Assembly (NCBI GenBank): GCA_963847705.1
Contig: CAWKBC010000032.1
Coordinates: 384,001-448,000, forward strand
DNA: 64,000 bases
Source of the DNA: an uncultured Pseudomonadota bacterium
GTDB lineage: Bacteria > Myxococcota_A > Polyangia > Fen-1088
Reading direction: 5' to 3'
The position numbers and the translations under genes were made by a program. This document shows, piece after piece, positions 43,986 through 53,842 of this stretch. The notes beneath the pieces are model-generated. The model was not told the origin of the DNA. It saw only the letters and a program-made list of their open reading frames with translations, and made no database searches. Positions within the stretch are counted from its first letter, which is position 1. The number at the start of each line of letters is the position of its first letter.

Positions 43986-44957
43986 CTAGCTGGTGAGCTT
44001 GGCGCCGGCGAAGAGCGGGGGAAGCTCGTCGCGGATGAGGCGGCCGAGCGCCGTGACCCCCTCGGCCCCGACCGCATCGGCGGGGGAACGGCCGTAAGGG
44101 GCCTGCATGTACTTCCACATCTTCTTCCACCACCGGACGGGGCCGCGATCCGCGCAGCCGAGCCGCCGGTCCCCCGGATCGCAGTAGAACCGCACGTGCA
44201 TGTGGTCGTCGTGCGGCTCCGAATCGGTCGGCTCGTGGATGATGTAGGCCGCCCGCGCCAGCAGCGCCGGATCGTCGCCGGCGGCCGCCGCCTCCCGCAA
44301 CAGCGAGGCCCCCAGGCTTCGCTGCATGAAGATCCACTGGACCTCGGCGTCGGGATCAGTCAACAGCGCGCGCACGAAGCCCCAGTTCCGGCGCGCATCG
44401 AAGCGGTAGCCCGGCAGCGGGCGGGCCGGCGCGCGCGTCCCCTGCGGCGGCGACCAGCGAGCGGCGCGCCCGTCGGGCCCGAAGTGCAGCATCGCGTCGG
44501 TCAGCGGGGCCGGGCGCCCTGCACCGTCGAGGGCGTAGTAGAAAATATCGACGTCGCGGCCGTCTTGATGCGATCGATGCTGGACCGACCCGCCGCCCGA
44601 ACGATGCGAGAGATCCCCGACGGCCGCGCTGCCCCCGGGCGCCTCGCGTTCGACGGTGCGCGCCGCGCGCGACACCGCCCCGACCAGTGACACGGTCCCG
44701 TAGTTCGCGTGCCGCGCCCGCCAGGGCGCTGGAACGGCGTACCCGTCACCTTCGAAGGGGAGCAGGGCCGGGTGGCGGAGCGTGCCGTCGCCGCTGGTCC
44801 CGAGCGATGCGCTCGAAAAATCCATCGCCAGCGGTCCGGCACAGCCGGCCCCCAAAAACAGCGAGAAGACCAGGCAGAACGACAGGGAGAACAGCAGGCA
44901 GGCCGAACCGCGGAGCCCAGTCGTACGCAGAGCCCGCGGCGGGTCCCGCCCAGGCAC
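43986..44957 (-). CDS. Penicillin-insensitive murein endopeptidase (MepA family), probable lipoprotein
   Basis: GDLS..GGG..HRSHQDGRDVD, HDDHMHVR (LAS motifs); start uncertain. Confidence 0.85.
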   Translation of the reverse strand: MPGRDPPRALRTTGLRGSACLLFSLSFCLVFSLFLGAGCAGPLAMDFSSASLGTSGDGTLRHPALLPFEGDGYAVPAPWRARHANYGTVSLVGAVSRAARTVEREAPGGSAAVGDLSHRSGGGSVQHRSHQDGRDVDIFYYALDGAGRPAPLTDAMLHFGPDGRAARWSPPQGTRAPARPLPGYRFDARRNWGFVRALLTDPDAEVQWIFMQRSLGASLLREAAAAGDDPALLARAAYIIHEPTDSEPHDDHMHVRFYCDPGDRRLGCADRGPVRWWKKMWKYMQAPYGRSPADAVGAEGVTALGRLIRDELPPLFAGAKLTS

Positions 44958-45004
44958 CGAGGAGACAGACGGTCGGGCCGGCCAGTGGTGCGCCAGCGTG
45001 CCCC

Positions 45005-45382
45005 CTAGCCGTACGCCTTCTCGATCCGTTCCTGATCCTCCTTGCAACGGATACAGAGCGTGGTCTCGAGCCGCGCTTCCAGACGTTTGATGGAGATCGG
45101 CTCGTCGCACTGCTCGCAGACGCCGAAGCTCCCATCCTTGATCTTCTCGAGCGCGTGATCGATTTTCTGCAGGAACACCTTCTCCCGGCCGCGAAGCCGG
45201 AAGGTGAAGGAGTGCAGGTACTCGGACGATGCCAGGTCCATCTCGTCCGGGAGGTCGTCCGAGTCGAGCGTCATGTCCTCGTTCAACGTCCGTTGCGCGT
45301 TCCGCAGGATCTCCTTCTTTTTCGCGAGCAGGATGTCGCGAAAGCGCTTGAGGTCCTTCTTCTTGAGCCCGGTCCCTTCCAT
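45005..45382 (-). CDS. dksA: TraR/DksA family transcriptional regulator
   Basis: DEMDLA coiled-coil tip; CEQC...RLEAR....LCIRCKE zinc finger. Confidence 0.92.
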   Translation of the reverse strand: MEGTGLKKKDLKRFRDILLAKKKEILRNAQRTLNEDMTLDSDDLPDEMDLASSEYLHSFTFRLRGREKVFLQKIDHALEKIKDGSFGVCEQCDEPISIKRLEARLETTLCIRCKEDQERIEKAYG

Positions 45383-45442
45383 GAACTCCGTCCCCGCGCC
45401 CGTGGTGCAGAAGTGCAACTGAAGGCGGCGAAATGGCCCGGT

Positions 45443-45515
45443 AGATTAGTCCGGCGGCCTACAGTCGTCAAGGTAGTCCCTGCCCTTGACACCTGACGGT
45501 ACGCCAACTTACACT
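45443..45515. promoter_or_regulatory. Back-to-back sigma70 promoters for dksA (-) and cdbA (+)
   Basis: Minus: TTGACG-N17-TAATCT (45471-45443); plus: TTGACA-N18-TACACT (45486-45515). Confidence 0.7.
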
Positions 45516-45602
45516 CACCCACTCGTCACCCCACCATGCTCCTGTAGCTGCACTGCTCAGCTCCATCAGCCACGTTCCCACATTGGAGGCTTCGTCACCA
45601 CC

Positions 45603-45806
45603 ATGGGCGGTTCCGACAAGCGCAAGCAAAGCCTGTACTTTCCTGAAGAGATGTTGAAAGAGATCCAGGACGAAGCCACCCGGCAAGACCGGTCGCTGTC
45701 GTGGATCGTTCAGAAGGCCTGGAAGATCTCGCGCAAGGAGATCATGAAGTACCCGTCCGTGAACGAGTTTCCGGGCGAAGAGGACGAGCGGGGCGCGACC
45801 GAGTAG
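45603..45806 (+). CDS. cdbA: CdbA-type c-di-GMP-binding ribbon-helix-helix nucleoid protein (TIGR04563, MXAN_4361 family)
   Basis: DKRKQSLYFPEEMLKEIQDEATRQDRSLSWIVQKAWKI closely matches my recollection of M. xanthus CdbA; GGAGG RBS. Confidence 0.88.
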   Translation: MGGSDKRKQSLYFPEEMLKEIQDEATRQDRSLSWIVQKAWKISRKEIMKYPSVNEFPGEEDERGATE

Positions 45807-47173
45807 TTTTGGCCGGACGAGATTTTCTGTTGATAGCCGATGCGGTGGCTCCGCTCGGTGATGGTGTATCGGCTGTCGGGGCAAGTGGCCTCAGTCGAGC
45901 TCTTGCGGCCCTGGGCAACCGGGCCACGGTCCTCACGCTGGCCACCGTCGAGGCGGCGAGCCGCGTGCCCGGGCTGGCCCGACGTCTGCGTACGGTGAGC
46001 GCCACGGTCGGCACCGAGACGCGCGAGCTCGCCCTTTACGAGGGGCGCGCCCCGCTGAGCGACGCGCGGCTCCTGGTGCTGGCGGCGTCAAGCCTCCCGG
46101 CGCGCGCGGAGGCGGCGGCGATCCTGGCCGGCGCGACGCGCTCCCTGGCCGCCGACAAGCTCATCGCGCCCGAGGTGGCCATCGGCTGGGGCGAGTCTTC
46201 TGCGGCGGCCCTCTCGGCGACCTCGGCCGCGGCACGCCTCTTCGTCTTGCCAACCGGCCGCACGGGCGCGCCGCTCAGTCCCGACGAGGCGGCCATCTTG
46301 GGCCCACTCCTGCTGGGCGACGACTCTGCCTCGCATTCGCTGGTCGCGCTCGGCTGCCTGGGCGCCCACGCCATCATCGCCCCCAGCCCCAGCGCCGCGC
46401 GGGCGACGGAGTCCGATCCGGGCCTGGCTTCACGCCCCTCTGACGAACCGTTCATCAGTGTGCGGTTCGGCTGCGACGATCCCCCCAACGATCCGGCGAC
46501 CGATCAGGCGCTGCCCGCGCAGTTCAACGCCAGCAAGCTTTCCCAGAAGGCAGACTGCCGCCGCGCGCTCGCCCGGCGCTGCTCCCTGGCGATCGGGCCG
46601 CGCACGCTCCTGCTCACGACCGGTCCGCTCGGCCGCGACGCCGGCACAGAGGCGATCCTGGCGGCCATCGAGCGACTGGCGCCGTTTGATCTGGTCACGG
46701 TCATCGTGCCGCGCGGTGAGCCGGAGGCCATCGAACGCGCGCGTCTGCTGGCGCTGCGGCAGCCGGGCCGAGTCGCGCTCCTGTCGGGAAGCGAGCCTGC
46801 GGACGAGCGCTTTGCGCGCGGCGCCGCCGACGCGATTCTTCTCGGCGACGATCACGATCGGATCGGGCGCTCGGCCGGTCTGGCCCTGCTCTATGGGACG
46901 CTTCCGATCGTCCCCGACGTCGGCGCCAACCACGACTATCTGGTCGACTACGACCCGGCCTCCCGCACCGGCCAGGCGATCCTCTACAGCGCCGATACGC
47001 CCTTCGAGATCGAAAGCGGCGTCCGGCGTGCCTTGACCCTGCGCGCCGACGGTGACGTCTGGGGGCCGCTGGTGAAGTCACTGATGGACGCCGCGCCCCG
47101 CTGGTCGACCACCGCCGCCACGCTGGCCGAGATCGTCGAAGAGACAATCTCCTCCGTGCCCGCCGCCCTCTAG
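45803..47173 (+). CDS. Glycogen/starch synthase-like (GT5) protein, degenerate
   Basis: Overall GlgA layout (LSRALAALGN, IAPSP, KADCRRAL, YGTLPIV, W..L....M) but without KxGG or the E-x7-E/Q motif; start approximate. Confidence 0.65.
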   Translation, partial: VVLAGRDFLLIADAVAPLGDGVSAVGASGLSRALAALGNRATVLTLATVEAASRVPGLARRLRTVSATVGTETRELALYEGRAPLSDARLLVLAASSLPARAEAAAILAGATRSLAADKLIAPEVAIGWGESSAAALSATSAAARLFVLPTGRTGAPLSPDEAAILGPLLLGDDSASHSLVALGCLGAHAIIAPSPSAARATESDPGLASRPSDEPFISVRFGCDDPPNDPATDQALPAQFNASKLSQKADCRRALARRCSLAIGPRTLLLTTGPLGRDAGTEAILAAIERLAPFDLVTVIVPRGEPEAIERARLLALRQPGRVALLSGSEPADERFARGAADAILLGDDHDRIGRSAGLALLYGTLPIVPDVGANHDYLVDYDPASRTGQAILYSADTPFEIESGVRRALTLRADGDVWGPLVKSLMDAAPRWSTTAATLAEIVEETISSVPAAL

Positions 47174-47192
47174 GCCTCTCCTCAGGCCTCTC

Positions 47193-48269
47193 CTAGGGGC
47201 GAAGGAGCCGGGTGACCCGAACGCCCAGCTCCCCGTCGACGTTGACGAGCTCTCCCTCTGCCCAAACCTCGCCGCCGGCGCGCAGCAAGACCGCGCGACT
47301 TCAATCGGCGCTCACCGTCAGCACGACACCCGGCGCGAGCCCCAGCACTTCTTCACCCCGAAGCGTGAGGCGCGCCAGCTCGGCGACGATCTCGATCGGT
47401 GCGGCGGCGAGGGCCGCGGTCGCCAGCTGCGTTGGTCCCGTCGTGTCCATCGATTTCTCCTGGCCTTCTTTGACGACGCCGACCTTCGGCCGGTCGGCCG
47501 CTTCGGTCAATTGAAAATCTCCCGTGATGACCAGAACGCCGTTCGGAGCGATCCGCAGCGGCGCCCGGTGCGCGCCCATGGTCAGATGCGCGGACCAGTC
47601 GGCCTGGGGCCCAAACGCCCCGAAGCCGACTCCGTCGAACACCAGCGCGTCTCCCAGGGCGAGCCGGGTCAGCTCCGACGCCCGCAGATGGGTCACCGCG
47701 ATCTCCAGGCGCGCTTCGACGGGCAGGCCCGAAGCGCGCTCCCCCCAACCGCCCGAGACCGAGCCGGCAGCCGGTGCGACCGCGCTGTCGGTCGCCGGCA
47801 GGTCGAGCCAGAGAACCCCGGCGCCAAAAGGACCTTCCACGTTGACGGCGATCGCATGGCCCACACCCGATTCGGGCGCCGGTGCGAGGTCGATCGACCA
47901 CCCGGGCGCGTCCAGCAGCGGAGCGATCAACGCCACCAGCACCCCGCGCTCAGCCGGTCCGAGCGCACGCGCCGCCGAGAAGACGCCGCGGCCACCGAGC
48001 GCAGCGTCGATCAGCCGCGCTGCGAACGGCAGCCCCAGCGACAGGCGCCCCCGCGCGTTTCCCTGGACAATCGCCAGGGCGATCGCCTCCGATGAGGTGG
48101 GCGCGCGATCAATCCCCGCCACGACCAGCGTGGCGGCGCCGAACGGAGGGATCTCCGCCCGCCAGGATCGGGGAAGCGCAGCCAGCTTCCGGGCGACCGC
48201 GCGCGTGGCCCGCGCCTCGGCCGCCGCAACCGGCGGGCAGTCCTGGAGCTCGAACGGTGAGGTCCTCAA
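47193..48269 (-). pseudogene. SctQ/FliM-FliN family C-ring protein with in-frame TGA at 47301-47303
   Basis: Two SpoA-like domains; frame continues past TGA as SRAVLLRAGGEVWAEGELVNVDGELGVRVTRLLRP*. Confidence 0.8.
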
Positions 48270-48859
48270 CGACCGGCCTGCCAGCTGTCGCCTGGGGCGT
48301 CCCGATCGGCCGACTCACCGTCGCGCCGGGCGTTGCGGTCGCCCGACCCGTCGCTCTCCGGCCGGCTGTGGCCGACCGGCGACGCCAGCGCGATCCCTTT
48401 GTCGCGCAACCGAAGCCTGATCTCCTCCATCGCCACCTGGAGCGTCTGCCGCGAACCCACCGTCGGTGTCAAGAGCTGAGCGGTGACCGCCTGCGATCCG
48501 GCCGTGGTCGACAACCGAATCTCGGCGCCAGCCAGGGCGCCGGCACCGATGCGAATGCGCGCTTCGGCATCGCCCCCCGTGCCGCCAATCAGGACGCGAT
48601 CGATCCTTGGCGCGGCCGCGGGCGCGAGCTTGGCCGCCGGAGGCCCCACGCGGATCGGCTCGGGCTTGAACCAACCTGGACCCCCGGGCACGGCCGCGGA
48701 TTCGGCGGCAGCTTCGCTCCCACCCGCGCGCTTCAAGCTGTCGCGAAAGGGCTTGCTCGGCCGGGCGCGCCGAGGTGCCGCGTCCCTGCCCGCGCCGCCC
48801 AACTCGTCCGTTCGAGCCGACTGCGCCCCGCCGGTGGTGGTCAAATCACTTACCTGCAC
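48266..48859 (-). CDS. FliK/SctP-like length-control protein (C-terminal domain-like)
   Basis: Disordered N-terminus then EARIRIGAGALAGAEIRL...V.AQL...LRLRLRDKGI; overlaps sctQ-like start. Confidence 0.55.
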   Translation of the reverse strand: MQVSDLTTTGGAQSARTDELGGAGRDAAPRRARPSKPFRDSLKRAGGSEAAAESAAVPGGPGWFKPEPIRVGPPAAKLAPAAAPRIDRVLIGGTGGDAEARIRIGAGALAGAEIRLSTTAGSQAVTAQLLTPTVGSRQTLQVAMEEIRLRLRDKGIALASPVGHSRPESDGSGDRNARRDGESADRDAPGDSWQAGR

Positions 48860-49003
48860 GGCTCGGTTATCGCCCCGAGGCTGCAGCTGGTTGCGCGCGA
48901 ATCGACGTTGTTGGGGTATGATTCCCCGAAACCGCGGCTCAAAGAGACCATCGAATAGGTAGATGAGAGGCGCCGTGCGCTGGATGACGAGATCAGGGCC
49001 GCG

Positions 49004-49234
49004 ATGAACTGTCAGGAGCTGATCGAGTTCTGCTTTGACTACATCGAGGGCATGTTGCCCGACGATGAGCAGATCGGTTTTCGTCAACATCTGTCGCGCT
49101 GCCCGGATTGCGTGACGTTCTTCGAGACCTATCGAAAGACGCCGGAGCTGACGCGCGAAGCGCTGGCGACGAAGATTCCGTCGTCGGTGCGCGAGTCGAT
49201 CCGCAGCTTCTTGCAGTCGCGCCGCGAGCGATAG
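49004..49234 (+). CDS. zf-HC2 anti-sigma-factor-like small protein
   Basis: C..LIEFCFDYIEG.L...HLSRCPDC (HxxxCxxC). Confidence 0.85.
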   Translation: MNCQELIEFCFDYIEGMLPDDEQIGFRQHLSRCPDCVTFFETYRKTPELTREALATKIPSSVRESIRSFLQSRRER

Positions 49235-49297
49235 CGCGCCCGGCGCCGAGCGCGCCTGCTCCCCGGAGGCGGCTCGGCGTGGCGGTGATCCGCTTTT

Positions 49298-49327
49298 TTG
49301 ACAGATGTAGTTTTACGACTACTCTGT
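49298..49327 (+). promoter_or_regulatory. Sigma70 promoter with embedded imperfect palindrome; likely leaderless pilZ transcript
   Basis: TTGACA-N16-TACTCT; ACAGAtGTAGT-N6-ACTACTCTGT; ATG 7 nt after the -10 box. Confidence 0.55.
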
Positions 49328-49332
49328 CTTAC

Positions 49333-49734
49333 ATGTACGACACGCTCTCACTCGGCTCCGACAATCGCCGCCTCGCCCAGCGTCTGCGGATGCGCGTCTT
49401 CCTGAACGAGTATGTCGGCGACGATCCCTGCCAGGCGATCGTCCGGGACGTGAGCGAGACCGGGCTGTCGCTGGTGAAGCTGCCCGGCAAGAGCCCCCGC
49501 CCCGTCGAGGTCGTCACGCTCGAGGTCGAGCTACCGGGAACGAATGAAACGATCTGGGCCAGCGCCCAGCCCCGATTCGATGCGCTGAACCCCGACTACC
49601 AGATCTCCGGCCTGCGCTTCGTCTCGATGGCCCGCAAGCACGAGCGCCTGATTCGCGACTATCTCCGCGAACGGCGCGAACGCCTGGCCCGCCTGTTCGC
49701 TCCACGCCCCCTGACCGTCAGCCGCTTCGCTTAG
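49333..49734 (+). CDS. Stand-alone PilZ-domain protein
   Basis: RRLAQR (RxxxR) and DVSETG (DxSxxG). Confidence 0.85.
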   Translation: MYDTLSLGSDNRRLAQRLRMRVFLNEYVGDDPCQAIVRDVSETGLSLVKLPGKSPRPVEVVTLEVELPGTNETIWASAQPRFDALNPDYQISGLRFVSMARKHERLIRDYLRERRERLARLFAPRPLTVSRFA

Positions 49735-49753
49735 CTTCTTCTTTCTCCTCGGT

Positions 49754-49798
49754 CGGCCTCCGGTGCAGCAATGGTGCGGCGCCGGAGGCCGTTTTTTT
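49754..49798 (+). terminator. Intrinsic terminator
   Basis: CGGCCTCCGG/CCGGAGGCCG stem followed by T7. Confidence 0.8.
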
Positions 49799-49823
49799 AG
49801 GGATTCTTGCTACCTTTGAGGGG

Positions 49824-52800
49824 GTGAGACGTCGGCTGGCATTTGCGGGCGTCCTCGTCGCAGCGGTGGCCGGCGCTGGCCCGGCACACGCCGACTGGCA
49901 GGTTCACAGGGACGGCTCACGTGCGCTCCTCGCGCGCGCCGAACAGGCGCTGCGCGATCGGCCGGACGACGACGCGCTGGCGCGGCGGCTGGTCCAGGTC
50001 GCCGGCCCCGGGCAGACGGCGGGGTTGCGCGAGCGTTTTCGGGCCCGCGCCGCGGCGTCGAACAGCTATGCGCCAATTGCGGCCTACGCGCAGCTCCTTC
50101 TCGCGCTTCGGGACGCGCCGGCTGCGGCGACGGCCTTCGGCGAGGCATTGCGTCTGTCGCCCGACGCGGCGGCGGCGCTGGCCGGCCGGGCGCGGGCGCT
50201 GGCGCTGGCGGGCTCCGCCGAGGCGGCCGCTGCCTATGAAGCGGCCATCGCGGACGAGACGCGGCCCCTGGCGCGGCGGCGGCTGATCGAAGCGGAGCTG
50301 GCGCTCCTTCCTTCCGAAGTTCCCGGCGACCCGGCCGGCGACGTCCCGCGCGCCGATCCCGCGCAGGTCGTCCGTCTCCGCCGCGAGCTCGCGCGCCTCG
50401 CGCCCGACAGCGATCGCACCGCCGAGCAGCTGGCCGATGCGCTCGCGCAGGCGGGGCGACCGGGCGAGGCGGCCGCGATCCTCGAGCAGCGAATTCCCGC
50501 CCACCACCTGCTCGCCAAGCTCTCGCTGGTTCTCCGGGCGGCGCGGCTGCGTCTCGCGGACCACGACGCCGCGGAAGCGGCGCGGGCAGCCGAAATGCTG
50601 AGCGCCCTCCTGCGGGAGATCCCGCCTGGCGCAACCGAAAGTCGTCGCGCCGCCTGGACCTGCGCCCGTGAGATTGCCCGGGCGCGCGGGACGCTGGGAG
50701 CGCTGGCCGAGGCGATGGCCCAGGCGCCGGGCCCGGTCGAATGGGATCTGCTCGGCCAGATCCGCGAGGAGCTCGGCGATCTGGAGGGCGCGCTGGCAGC
50801 GACGCAGAAGGCGCAGTCGCTCGCACCGCGCGACGTTGCGCTCGGTGACCGCCTCTTGCGACTCCTCGATCGGCTCGGCCGCAACGAGGACGCAATCATC
50901 GCCGCTCAGGATCTGACGCGCCGGTTCCCCTCCGAGATCCGATTTCCGCTCGCCCTTGGGGAGCGACAGTGGCGTCACGGGGACCGGGCGGCGGCGGACG
51001 CTGGCTTCGACCGCGCGCTGGGACAGTTTTCGCGCGCGCCCGCCGCGCTCCAGACCCTGGCCGAGACCGCTGCACGTCGGGGCGACGACAGGCGGGCGCT
51101 GGCGGCCTGGACGCGGCTCGTGCGCGTGGATCCGACCAGCGAGGTCGCCATCGTGGGGCTCGGCGAGGCTCAGTTCCAGGCAGGCAAGCGCGACGACGCC
51201 TGCCGCACCTGGGCGGCGGTGCGAAAGCGGGCTGCCTCACCGGCGAAGGGGCATCTGCGCCTCGGCGAGCTGCTGTTCGATCACGAGCTGCTGAACGAGG
51301 CGATCGAGGAGGCGCGGCGCGCGGAGGCCGCCGACGTCGCGGACGCCGGTCCCCACCGTCTGCTCGCGCAGATCGACGAGCACCAGCGCAAGCTCGACGA
51401 CGCGGTCGCCGAGTGGCGTCAGGTCATCGCGCTGGCGCATGACCCGCACCCCGCGGCGCCGGGCCTGAGACGGGAAGCGCGGACCCGTCTGCTGGCACTG
51501 CTCGGGCGGCAGGGCCGCGGCAAGATCGAGACCGAGGTCCAGCGCCTCCGCGGCGAGACGGGCGCCCACCCCGACGACATCGAGACGGCGATGTTCCTGG
51601 CGGAAGCAGAGCAGCGTCTGGGCGACGTTCCGGCGGCGACGGCAACGTTGCGGGCGATCTCCGCGCGCGGCGCCGTCGCGAACGACAGGCGGGCGCGCGA
51701 AGCAGGCGTCGAGGCCGGGTTCGCGCTGGTGCGTCTGCTGAAGCAGAGCGGGCAGCTCGCTGAAGCGGAGGCACATCTTGCCGGCCTGGCCGAGCTCTCG
51801 CCCGCCCGGGCCAGCGAGGCCGAGCTGCAGATCGCCGATCTGGCGCTCGGGCGTTACGACGTCCCGCGCGCGCTCGCGCACGCCGCCGCCGCCGAAGACG
51901 GCGCCGACGCCCCCCAGCTGATCCGCATCGCGGAGATCCGCGAGCGTGCCGGCGCCGACACGCTCGCCGCGGCGACCTACCGCAGGGCGATCGCGCGCGA
52001 TGCGGCGCCGACGGCGGCGTTGGCGCTGGCCCGCGTCCTCGAGCGACAGGGGGACGCGTCAGGGGCCGCCGGCGCGGTGGAGGCGCTGCTGCGCGGCTCT
52101 CAGGACGACGCCTCGGTCGCGGACGCCGGGCGGCGCGCGCTGGAGCTCGACGAGGCGCTCGACCGGCTGCCCGATCTGGCGGAGGCGCTCGCCGACGGCG
52201 ACGGCGAGAAGGAGACGCCGGCCCACCGCCGAGCGTTGGTCGACGTGCTCGAACGGCTGGTTCCGGCGCTCTACCGCGACCCTCTCGCGCTGGAGGCGCG
52301 CGCCCGCCTCGGCCGGATGGCGCTCCGGCCGCTTCTCGATCTGGTGCTCGCCTCCGACGTGCCGCCGCCGAAGGCGGTCGAGCTTCTGGGGATGCTGGGG
52401 AACACGGACGCCGTGCCAGCGCTGGTCCGCCTGGCGCGGGCCGGCACCGATCGCGCAGCGGCCAGCGGGCGAGGGACCGCGGAGGCGCCGCTCGCCCAGC
52501 CCTCCCCAACCGCGATCGACGCCCGCACGGCGGCCCTCGTCGCCCTCGGACGGCTCGGCGATCCGCGCGGGCTCGCGCCGCTCGAGGAGGCCGCGGCAGC
52601 CGGAGCGGTGACGATGCGCGCGGCGGCGGTCTGGGCCATCGGACGGATCCCCGACCAGCGCGTCTCCTCGATTTTGGAACGGGCGCTCGGCGATCCCCAC
52701 CCAGAGGTCCAGGCGCTGGCCTGCCTCGGACTCGGTCGCCACGCCGATGCGCGGGCCGTTGCCCTGCTGGCGCGCCTCGGCTCCGATGCGGCACGACCGA

Positions 52801-53768
52801 GCGAGCTCCGGATCGCCGCCACGCTGGCGCTCGGGCGCGCGGGGGGCCCGCAGGCCGCCGCCGCGCTGGTTTCGATCCTCGATCGCGGCGACGACGAGCT
52901 GTCACGGGCAGCCGCGCTGGCGCTCGCCTGGACGCGCGATCCGCGCGCGCTGTCGGCGCTCCTGGCCCGCGCCCTGCTTCCGGCAGAGTTCGCGCTCGCC
53001 GGCGCCGACAGCCCGCTTGCGGCGCTCGGCGTTTGGCAGGCCGGAGGCCCTCCGCCTGATGAGGCCCTCTCGATCGTCGGGAACGATCTCTCGATCTCCC
53101 TGGCGTTGGCCGCGCTGCTGGAGACGGCGCCGGCAGGCGATCTCACGCCTCTTTGGCAGGCCCACACCGGCGAGATCGACGCGATCCTCTCCGACGCCCT
53201 CACCCGGGGCGGGAGCGCGCGGCGGGCCGCCCTGGAGGCGCTCGACGCCCGCGCCGACGGCCTGGCCCTTGGAACCCTCACGGCTGCCGGCGACGTCCCT
53301 TCGGCGCCAGAGACGGGGGTCGTCGCGCGTGAGATTGCCTGGCCTCTCGTCGACGGAATCGCGCCCGCGCTCGACGACCCGGACCGCCGGACCCGCGCCC
53401 TGGCGCTGCGTCTGCTGGCCACGCTCGACGACGAACGGCTGACGCCCGCGCGAATCGCCGACGCCATCGCCGACGGGACGCCGGTGCTGACCGGCGCCGC
53501 CCTGTCGGCCGCCCAGATTCTCGTCCGGGCCCATCCAGCCCTGGCCGCGCCGATCGCCGGTGCGGTGGCCCCGCTCGTCACCGACGACGGCCCGGCAGGC
53601 TGCTGGACCTGCCGGCTCGCGGCGGTGGAGCTCCTGGCGTCGTTGGGCCCCCCCGGCTTGCCGCCGCTCGATCGCGCGCTCAACGACCGCAACGCGCTGG
53701 TGCGGGCGGCGGCGCTGGAGGCCGTCGACCGCGCCCGCCCGAGCGGCTCCAGACCACCCCACAGTTGA
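49824..53768 (+). CDS. Large exported TPR plus HEAT-repeat protein
   Basis: Signal peptide (AHA), multiple TPR-like helices, then HEAT/PBS repeats (ALGRLGD, AAVWAIG, RLAAVELL). Confidence 0.82.
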   Translation: MRRRLAFAGVLVAAVAGAGPAHADWQVHRDGSRALLARAEQALRDRPDDDALARRLVQVAGPGQTAGLRERFRARAAASNSYAPIAAYAQLLLALRDAPAAATAFGEALRLSPDAAAALAGRARALALAGSAEAAAAYEAAIADETRPLARRRLIEAELALLPSEVPGDPAGDVPRADPAQVVRLRRELARLAPDSDRTAEQLADALAQAGRPGEAAAILEQRIPAHHLLAKLSLVLRAARLRLADHDAAEAARAAEMLSALLREIPPGATESRRAAWTCAREIARARGTLGALAEAMAQAPGPVEWDLLGQIREELGDLEGALAATQKAQSLAPRDVALGDRLLRLLDRLGRNEDAIIAAQDLTRRFPSEIRFPLALGERQWRHGDRAAADAGFDRALGQFSRAPAALQTLAETAARRGDDRRALAAWTRLVRVDPTSEVAIVGLGEAQFQAGKRDDACRTWAAVRKRAASPAKGHLRLGELLFDHELLNEAIEEARRAEAADVADAGPHRLLAQIDEHQRKLDDAVAEWRQVIALAHDPHPAAPGLRREARTRLLALLGRQGRGKIETEVQRLRGETGAHPDDIETAMFLAEAEQRLGDVPAATATLRAISARGAVANDRRAREAGVEAGFALVRLLKQSGQLAEAEAHLAGLAELSPARASEAELQIADLALGRYDVPRALAHAAAAEDGADAPQLIRIAEIRERAGADTLAAATYRRAIARDAAPTAALALARVLERQGDASGAAGAVEALLRGSQDDASVADAGRRALELDEALDRLPDLAEALADGDGEKETPAHRRALVDVLERLVPALYRDPLALEARARLGRMALRPLLDLVLASDVPPPKAVELLGMLGNTDAVPALVRLARAGTDRAAASGRGTAEAPLAQPSPTAIDARTAALVALGRLGDPRGLAPLEEAAAAGAVTMRAAAVWAIGRIPDQRVSSILERALGDPHPEVQALACLGLGRHADARAVALLARLGSDAARPSELRIAATLALGRAGGPQAAAALVSILDRGDDELSRAAALALAWTRDPRALSALLARALLPAEFALAGADSPLAALGVWQAGGPPPDEALSIVGNDLSISLALAALLETAPAGDLTPLWQAHTGEIDAILSDALTRGGSARRAALEALDARADGLALGTLTAAGDVPSAPETGVVAREIAWPLVDGIAPALDDPDRRTRALALRLLATLDDERLTPARIADAIADGTPVLTGAALSAAQILVRAHPALAAPIAGAVAPLVTDDGPAGCWTCRLAAVELLASLGPPGLPPLDRALNDRNALVRAAALEAVDRARPSGSRPPHS

Positions 53769-53842
53769 ACCGGCCCGCTCCGGTCCAGGCCCTCGGGCCC
53801 GGCCCCGCTTGACTTGTGGGCGGCGCGGCCGAAAATGCTGGG

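Noticed and set aside
47301-47303. Selenocysteine recoding of the in-frame TGA
   Set aside because: Not a redox Cys position, family not known as selenoproteins, and no evident SECIS; nonsense change or base error is more likely
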